From positions 4,650,001-4,714,000 of the forward strand of contig OZ059900.1 in NCBI GenBank assembly GCA_964057225.1: 64,000 bases of DNA, given 5' to 3'. This DNA is from Auanema rhodensis (lineage: Eukaryota; Animalia; Nematoda). The translations under genes were made by a program, and so were the position numbers. The notes below the pieces were generated by a model. The model ran no database searches, had not been told where the DNA came from, and saw only the letters and a list, made by a program, of their open reading frames with translations. Positions 56,001 through 64,000 of this stretch are shown here, piece after piece (the first letter of the stretch is position 1; the number at the start of each line of letters is the position of its first letter).

Positions 56001-59000
56001 TTACCATGCATCAAATCCTTTAAGATAGTGTTTCTAGACTAATATAACCATGGGGACTTCATTAAAATTAACAGTATTCTTTTATCTTCAACGGTATCCG
56101 AGTTACAAATCAAGATCACTTTCTTTGGATACTTAGGTGGTATAGCTACCTGTTCACAAAAAATTGGAAGTCCTGGTTACCATGCATCAAACCCATTAAG
56201 ATTGTGTTTCTAGACTAATATGACCATGATGACTTCATTGAAAATCACAGTATTCTTCTATCTTCAACGGTATCCGAGTTACAAATCAAGATCACTTTCT
56301 TTGGATACTTAGGTGGTATAGCTACCTGTTCACAAAAAATTCGAAGTCTTGGTTACCATGCATCAAATCCTTTAAGATAGTGTTTCTAGACTAATATAAC
56401 CATGAGGACTTCATTAAATTTCACAGTATTCTTTTATCTTCAACGGTATCCGAGTTACAAATCAAGATCACTTTCTTTGGATACTTAGGTGGTATAGCTA
56501 CCTGTTCACAAAAAATTGGACGTCTTGGTTACCATGCATCAAACCCATTAAGATTGTGTTTCTAGACTAATATGACCATGATGACTTCATTAAATTTCAC
56601 AGTATTCTTCTATCTTCAACGGTATCCGAGTTACAAATCAAGATCACTTTCTTTGGATACTTAGGTGGTATAGCTACCTGTTCACAAAAAATTGGAAGTC
56701 CTGGTTACCATGCATCAAATCCTTTAAGATAGTGTTTCTAGACTAATATAACCATGGGGACTTCATTAAATTTCACAGTATTCTTCTATCTTTAACGGTA
56801 TCCGAGTTACAAATCAAGATCACTTTCCTTGGATACTTAGGTGGTATAGCTACCTGTTCACAAAAAATTGGAAGTCCTGGTTACCATGCATCAAACCCAT
56901 TAAGATTGTGTTTCTAGACTAATATCACCATGGGGACTTCATTAAATTTCACAGTATTCTTCTATCTTTAACGGTATCCGAGTTACAAATCAAGATCACT
57001 TTCTTTGGATACTTAGGTGGTATAGCTACCTGTTCACAAAAAAGTCGAAGTCTTGGTTACCATGCATCAAATCCTTTAAGATAGTGTTTCTAGACTAATA
57101 TAACCATGGGGACTTCCTTAAATTTAACAGTATTCTTCTATCTTCAACGGTATCCGAGTTACAAATCAAGATCACTTTCTTTGGATACTTAGGTGGTATA
57201 GCTACCTGTTCACAAAAAATTGGACGTCTTGGTTACCATGCATCAAACCCATTAAGATTGTGTTTCTAGACTAATATGACCATGATGACTTCATTAAATT
57301 TCACAGTATTCTTCTATCTTCAACGGTATCCGAGTTACAAATCAAGATCACTTTCTTTGGATACTTAGGTGGTATAGCTACCTGTTCACAAAAAATTGGA
57401 AGTCCTGGTTACCATGCATCAAACCCATTAAGATTGTGTTTCTAGACTAATATGACCATGATGACTTCATTAAATTTCACAGTATTCTTCTATCTTCAAC
57501 GGTATCCGAGTTACAAATCAAGATCACTTTCTTTGGATACTTAGGTGGTATAGCTACCTGTTCACAAAAAATTGGAAGTCCTGGTTACCATGCATCAAAC
57601 CCATTAAGATTGTGTTTCTAGACTAATATGACCATGATGACTTCATTAAAATTAACAGTATTCTTTTATCTTTAACGGTATCCGAGTTACAAATCAAGAT
57701 CACTTTCTTTGGATACTTAGGTGGTATAGCTACCTGTTCACAAAAAATTGGAAGTCCTGGTTACCATGCATCAAACCCATTAAGATTGTGTTTCTAGACT
57801 AATATGACCATGATGACTTCATTGAAATTCACAGTATTCTTCTATCTTCAACGGTATCCGAGTTACAAATCAAGATCACTTTCTTTGGATACTTAGGTGG
57901 TATAGCTACCTGTTCACAAAAAATTGGAAGTCTTGGTTACTATGCATCAAATCCTTTAAGATAGTGTTTCTAGACTAATATAACCATGGGGACTTCATTA
58001 AGTTTCACAGTATTCTTCTATCTTTAACGGTATCCGAGTTACAAATCAAGATCACTTTCCTTGGATACTTAGGTGGTATAGCTACCTGTTCACAAAAAAT
58101 TGGAAGTCCTGGTTACCATGCATCAAACCCATTAAGATTGTGTTTCTAGACTAATATAACCATGGGGACTTCATTAAATTTCACAGTATTCTTCTATCTT
58201 CAACGGTATCCGAGTTACAAATCAAGATCACTTTCTTTGGATACTTAGGTGGTATAGCTACCTGTTCACAAAAAATTGGAAGTCCTGGTTACCATGCATC
58301 AAACCCATTAAGATTGTGTTTCTAGACTAATATGACCATGATGACTTCATTAAATTTCACAGTATTCTTCTATCTTCAACGGTATCCGAGTTACAAATCA
58401 AGATCACTTTCTTTGGATACTTAGGTGGTATAGCTACCTGTTCACAAAAAATTGGAAGTCCTGGTTACCATGCATCAAACCCATTAAGATTGTGTTTCTA
58501 GACTAATATGACCATGAGAAATTCATTTAAGTTCACAGTATTCTTCTATCTTCAACGGTATCCGAGTTACAAATCAAGATCACTTTCTTTGGATACTTAG
58601 GTGGTATAGCTACCTGTTCACAAAAAATTGGAAGTCTTGGTTACCATGCATCAAATCCTTTAAGATAGTGTTTCTAGTCTTATATAACCATGGGGACTTC
58701 ATTAAATTTCACAGTATTCTTCTATCTTTAACGGTATCCGAGTTACAAATCAAGATCACTTTCTTTGGATACTTAGGTGATATAGCTACCTGTTCACAAA
58801 AAATTGGAAGTCCTGGTTACCATGCATCAAACCCATTAAGATTGTGTTTCTAGACTAATATGACCATGATGTCTTCATTGAAAATCACAGTATTCTTCTA
58901 TCTTCAACGGTATCCGAGTTACAAATCAAGATCACTTTCTTTGGATACTTAGGTGGTATAGCTACCTGTTCACAAAAAATTCGAAGTCTTGGTTACCATG

Positions 59001-59333
59001 CATCAAATCCTTTAAGATAGTGTTTCTAGACTAATATAACCATGCGGACTTCATTAAATTTCACAGTATTCTTCTATCTTCAACGGTATCCGAGTTACAA
59101 ATCAAGATCACTTTCTTTGGATACTTAGGTGGTATAGCTACCTGTTCACAAAAAATTGGACGTCTTGGTTACCATGCATCAAACCCATTAAGATTGTGTT
59201 TCTAGACTAATATGACCATGATGACTTCATTAAATTTCACAGTATTCTTCTATCTTCAACGGTATCCGAGTTACAAATCAAGATCATTTTCTTTGGATAC
59301 TTAGGTGGTATAGCTACCTGTTCACAAAAAATT
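53081..59333. repeat. Copy B of the ~35-monomer block (partner of 38825-45077)
   Basis: Same diagnostic SNP series as copy A. The two identical 61-aa ORFs in the track are also 14,256 bp apart. Confidence 0.9.
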
Positions 59334-62300
59334 CGAAGTCTTGGTTACCATGCATCAAATCCTTTAAGATAGTGTTTCTAGACTAATATAACCATGAGGA
59401 CTTCATTAAAATTAACAGTATTCTTTTATCTTTAACGGTATCCGAGTTACAAATCAAGATCACTTTCTTTGGATACTTAGGTGGTATAGCTACCTGTTCA
59501 CAAAAAATTGGACGTCTTGGTTACCATGCATCAAACCCATTAAGATTGTGTTTCTAGACTAATATGACCATGAGAAATTCATTTAAGTTCACAGTATTCT
59601 TCTATCTTTAACGGTATCCGAGTTACAAATCAAGATCACTTTCCTTGGATACTTAGGTGGTATAGCTACCTGTTCACAAAAAATTGGAAGTCCTGGTTAC
59701 CATGCATCAAACCCATTAAGATTGTGTTTCTAGACTAATATGACCATGATGACTTCATTGAAAATCACAGTATTCTTCTATCTTCAACGGTATCCGAGTT
59801 ACAAATCAAGATCACTTTCTTTGGATACTTAGGTGGTATAGCTACCTGTTCACAAAAAATTCGAAGTCTTGGTTACCATGCATCAAATCCTTTAAGATAG
59901 TGTTTCTAGACTAATATAACCATGGGGACTTCATTAAATTTCACAGTATTCTTCTATCTTCAACGGTATCCGAGTTACAAATCAAGATCACTTTCTTTGG
60001 ATACTTAGGTGGTATAGCTACCTGTTCACAAAAAATTGGAAGTCCTGGTTACCATGCATCAAACCCATTAAGATTGTGTTTCTAGACTAATATGACCATG
60101 ATGACTTCATTGAAATTCACAGTATTCTTCTATCTTCAACGGTATCCGAGTTACAAATCAAGATCACTTTCTTTGGATACTTAGGTGGTATAGCTACCTG
60201 TTCACAAAAAATTGGAAGTCTTGGTTACCATGCATCAAATCCTTTAAGATAGTGTTTCTAGACTAATATAACCATGGGGACTTCATTAAATTTCACAGTA
60301 TTCTTCTATCTTTAACGGTATCCGAGTTACAAATCAAGATCACTTTCCTTGGATACTTAGGTGGTATAGCTACCTGTTCACAAAAAATTGGAAGTCCTGG
60401 TTACCATGCATCAAACCCATTAAGATTGTGTTTCTAGACTAATATAACCATGGGGACTTCATTAAATTTCACAGTATTCTTCTATCTTTAACGGTATCCG
60501 AGTTACAAATCAAGATCACTTTCTTTGGATACTTAGGTGGTATAGCTACCTGTTCACAAAAAATTCGAAGTCTTGGTTACCATGCATCAAATCCTTTAAG
60601 ATAGTGTTTCTAGACTAATATAACCATGGGGACTTCCTTAAATTTAACAGTATTCTTCTATCTTCAACGGTATCCGAGTTACAAATCAAGATCACTTTCT
60701 TTGGATACTTAGGTGGTATAGCTACCTGTTCACAAAAAATTGGACGTCTTGGTTACCATGCATCAAACCCATTAAGATTGTGTTTCTAGACTAATATGAC
60801 CATGATGACTTCATTAAATTTCACAGTATTCTTCTATCTTCAACGGTATCCGAGTTACAAATCAAGATCACTTTCTTTGGATACTTAGGTGGTATAGCTA
60901 CCTGTTCACAAAAAATTGGAAGTCCTGGTTACCATGCATCAAACCCATTAAGATTGTGTTTCTAGACTAATATGACCATGATGACTTCATTAAATTTCAC
61001 AGTATTCTTCTATCTTCAACGGTATCCGAGTTACAAATCAAGATCACTTTCTTTGGATACTTAGGTGGTATAGCTACCTGTTCACAAAAAATTCGAAGTC
61101 TTGGTTACCATGCATCAAATCCTTTGAGATAGTGTTTCTAGACTAATATAACCATGGGGACTTTATTAAATTTCACAGTATTCTTCTATCTTCAACGGTA
61201 TCCGAGTTACAAATCAAGATCACTTTCTTTGGATACTTAGGTGGTATAGCTACCTGTTCACAAAAAATTCGAAGTCTTGGTTACCATGCATCAAATCCTT
61301 TAAGATAGTGTTTCTAGACTAATATAACCATGGGGACTTCATTAAATTTCACAGTATTCATCTATCTTCAACGGTATCCGAGTTACAAATCAAGATCACT
61401 TTCTTTGGATACTTAGGTGGTATAGCTACCTGTTCACAAAAAATTGGAAGTCCTGGTTACCATGCATCAAACCCATTAAGATTGTGTTTCTAGACTAATA
61501 TGACCATGATGACTTCATTGAAAATCACAGTATTCTTCTATCTTCAACGGTATCCGAGTTACAAAGCAAGATCACTTTCTTTGGATACTTAGGTGGTATA
61601 GCTACCTGTTCACAAAAAATTCGAAGTCTTGGTTACCATGCATCAAATCCTTTAAGATAGTGTTTCTAGACTAATATAACCATGAGGACTTCATTAAATT
61701 TCACAGTATTCTTCTATCTTCAACGGTATCCGAGTTACAAATCAAGATCACTTTCTTTGGATACTTAGGTGGTATAGCTACCTGTTCACAAAAAATTGGA
61801 CGTCTTGGTTACCATGCATCAAACCCATTAAGATTGTGTTTCTAGACTAATATGACCATGATGACTTCATTAAATTTCACAGTATTCTTCTATCTTCAAC
61901 GGTATCCGAGTTACAAATCAAGATCACTTTCTTTGGATACTTAGGTGGTATAGCTACCTGTTCACAAAAAATTGGACGTCTTGGTTACCATGCATCAAAT
62001 CCTTTAAGATAGTGTTTCTAGACTAATATAACCATGGGGACTTCATTAAATTTCACAGTATTCTTCTATCTTTAACGGTATCCGAGTTACAAATCAAGAT
62101 CACTTTCCTTGGATACTTAGGTGGTATAGCTACCTGTTCACAAAAAATTGGAAGTCCTGGTTACCATGCATCAAACCCATTAAGATTGTGTTTCTAGACT
62201 AATATAACCATGGAGACTTCATTAAATTTCACAGTATTCTTCTATCTTTAACGGTATCCGAGTTACAAATCAAGATCACTTTCTTTGGATACTTAGGAGG

Positions 62301-64000
62301 TATAGCTACCTGTTCACAAAAAAGTCGAAGTCTTGGTTACCATGCATCAAATCCTTTAAGATAGTGTTTCTAGACTAATATAACCATGGGGACTTCCTTA
62401 AATTTAACAGTATTCTTCTATCTTCAACGGTATCCGAGTTACAAATCAAGATCACTTTCTTTGGATACTTAGGTGGTATAGCTACCTGTTCACAAAAAAT
62501 TGGACGTCCTGGTTACCATGCATCAAATCCTTTAAGATAGTGTTTCTAGACTAATATAACCATGGGGACTTCATTAAAATTAACAGTATTCTTTTATCTT
62601 TAACGGTATCCGAGTTACAAATCAAGATCACTTTCTTTGGATACTTAGGTGGTATAGCTACCTGTTCACAAAAAATTGGAAGTCCTGGTTACCATGCATC
62701 AAACCCATTAAGATTGTGTTTCTAGACTAATATGACCATGATGACTTCATTGAAATTCACAGTATTCTTCTATCTTCAACGGTATCCGAGTTACAAATCA
62801 AGATCACTTTCTTTGGATACTTAGGTGGTATAGCTACCTGTTCACAAAAAATTGGAAGTCTTGGTTACCATGCATCAAATCCTTTAAGATAGTGTTTCTA
62901 GACTAATATAACCATGGGGACTTCATTAAATTTCACAGTATTCTTCTATCTTTAACGGTATCCGAGTTACAAATCAAGATCACTTTCCTTGGATACTTAG
63001 GTGGTATAGCTACCTGTTCACAAAAAATTGGAAGTCTTGGTTACCATGCATCAAATCCTTTAAGATAGTGTTTCTAGTCTAATATAACCATGGGGACTTC
63101 ATTAAATTTCACAGTATTCTTTTATCTTTAACGGTATCCGAGTTACAAATCAAGATCACTTTCTTTGGATACTTAGGTGATATAGCTACCTGTTCACAAA
63201 AAATTGGAAGTCCTGGTTACCATGCATCAAACCCATTAAGATTGTGTTTCTAGACTAATATGACCATGATGACTTCATTGAAAATCACAGTATTCTTCTA
63301 TCTTCAACGGTATCCGAGTTACAAATCAAGATCACTTTCTTTGGATACTTAGGTGGTATAGCTACCTGTTCACAAAAAATTCGAAGTCTTGGTTACCATG
63401 CATCAAATCCTTTAAGATAGTGTTTCTAGACTAATATAACCATGGGGACTTCATTAAATTTCACAGTATTCTTCTATCTTCAACGGTATCCGAGTTACAA
63501 ATCAAGATCACTTTCTTTGGATACTTAGGTGGTATAGCTACCTGTTCACAAAAAATTGGACGTCTTGGTTACCATGCATCAAACCCATTAAGATTGTGTT
63601 TCTAGACTAATATGACCATGATGACTTCATTAAATTTCACAGTATTCTTCTATCTTCAACGGTATCCGAGTTACAAATCAAGATCATTTTCTTTGGATAC
63701 TTAGGTGGTATAGCTACCTGTTCACAAAAAATTGGAAGTCCTGGTTACCATGCATCAAACCCATTAAGATTGTGTTTCTAGACTAATATGACCATGAAAA
63801 ATTCATTTAAGTTCACAGTATTCTTCTATCTTTAACGGTATCCGAGTTACAAATCAAGATCACTTTCCTTGGATACTTAGGTGGTATAGCTACCTGTTCA
63901 CAAAAAATTGGAAGTCCTGGTTACCATGCATCAAACCCATTAAGATTGTGTTTCTAGACTAATATGACCATGATGACTTCATTGAAAATCACAGTATTCT

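Larger units (their letters stand above)
1..64000. repeat. 176-bp tandem satellite array (363.6 monomers), probably centromeric or pericentromeric
   Basis: Representative monomer: GCTACCTGTTCACAAAAAATTGGAAGTCCTGGTTACCATGCATCAAACCCATTAAGATTGTGTTTCTAGACTAATATGACCATGATGACTTCATTAAATTTCACAGTATTCTTCTATCTTCAACGGTATCCGAGTTACAAATCAAGATCACTTTCTTTGGATACTTAGGTGGTATA. The start motif GCTACCT recurs at 1, 177, 353 and so on, and phase is kept at 2641, 5281 ... 63361 (steps of 15x176). The tandem structure is seen directly; the centromeric role is inferred from monomer size and homogeneity. Confidence 0.99.

Noticed and set aside
58668-58853. Identical second 61-aa ORF
   Set aside because: It is a passive copy made by the 14,256-bp duplication, so its identity is not evidence of protein-level selection.
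1-64000. CRISPR-like or cassette-array reading (constant 76 bp plus variable 100 bp)
   Set aside because: The variable parts are close homologues differing at a few fixed sites, not unique spacers. The lengths do not fit CRISPR, and there is no cas, integrase, recombinase or reverse transcriptase gene.
1-64000. Tandem 5S rRNA, tRNA or snRNA gene array, or a repeat-coded giant protein
   Set aside because: I recognised no RNA-gene motif or cloverleaf in the monomer, and the ORF track shows no long ORF on either strand.
1-64000. Primate alpha satellite or a CENP-B box
   Set aside because: The monomer is 176 bp rather than 171 bp, and I saw no TTCG-N4-A-N2-CGGG motif; the TTCG in the G22C variant is not followed by CGGG.
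1-64000. Transposon insertion, inversion or telomeric repeat within the array
   Set aside because: Phase and orientation are continuous from start to end, and I saw no foreign sequence.
1-64000. Monomer order as a functional code
   Set aside because: The order is adequately explained by nested duplications, deletions and chimeras; nothing in the sequence supports an encoded function.

Overview
The whole 64,000-bp window is one uninterrupted head-to-tail satellite array of a 176-bp monomer (~35% GC). It holds 363 complete monomers plus 112 bp, all in one orientation; monomer n starts at 1+176(n-1). I found no credible genes, RNA genes, transposon insertions or CRISPR array, and the two supplied ORFs arise from loss of one stop codon inside the repeat. 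The monomer size, and a patchy collinear resemblance to the Arabidopsis CEN178/180 repeat as I recall it, suggest a plant (possibly Brassicaceae) centromeric satellite; this is unverified. The information in the window lies in how monomer variants are arranged: (1) an apparently perfect 84-monomer (14,784-bp) tandem duplication; (2) an older, diverged duplication at an 81-monomer offset with a probable two-monomer conversion patch; (3) a third copy that lets mutations be ordered; (4) many 1-15-monomer duplications; (5) a change of variant subfamily near 33.3 kb; (6) a near-invariant 76-bp half of the monomer with dyad symmetry. I found no evidence of a new gene-based system. All comparisons were by eye using diagnostic SNPs, not by alignment.
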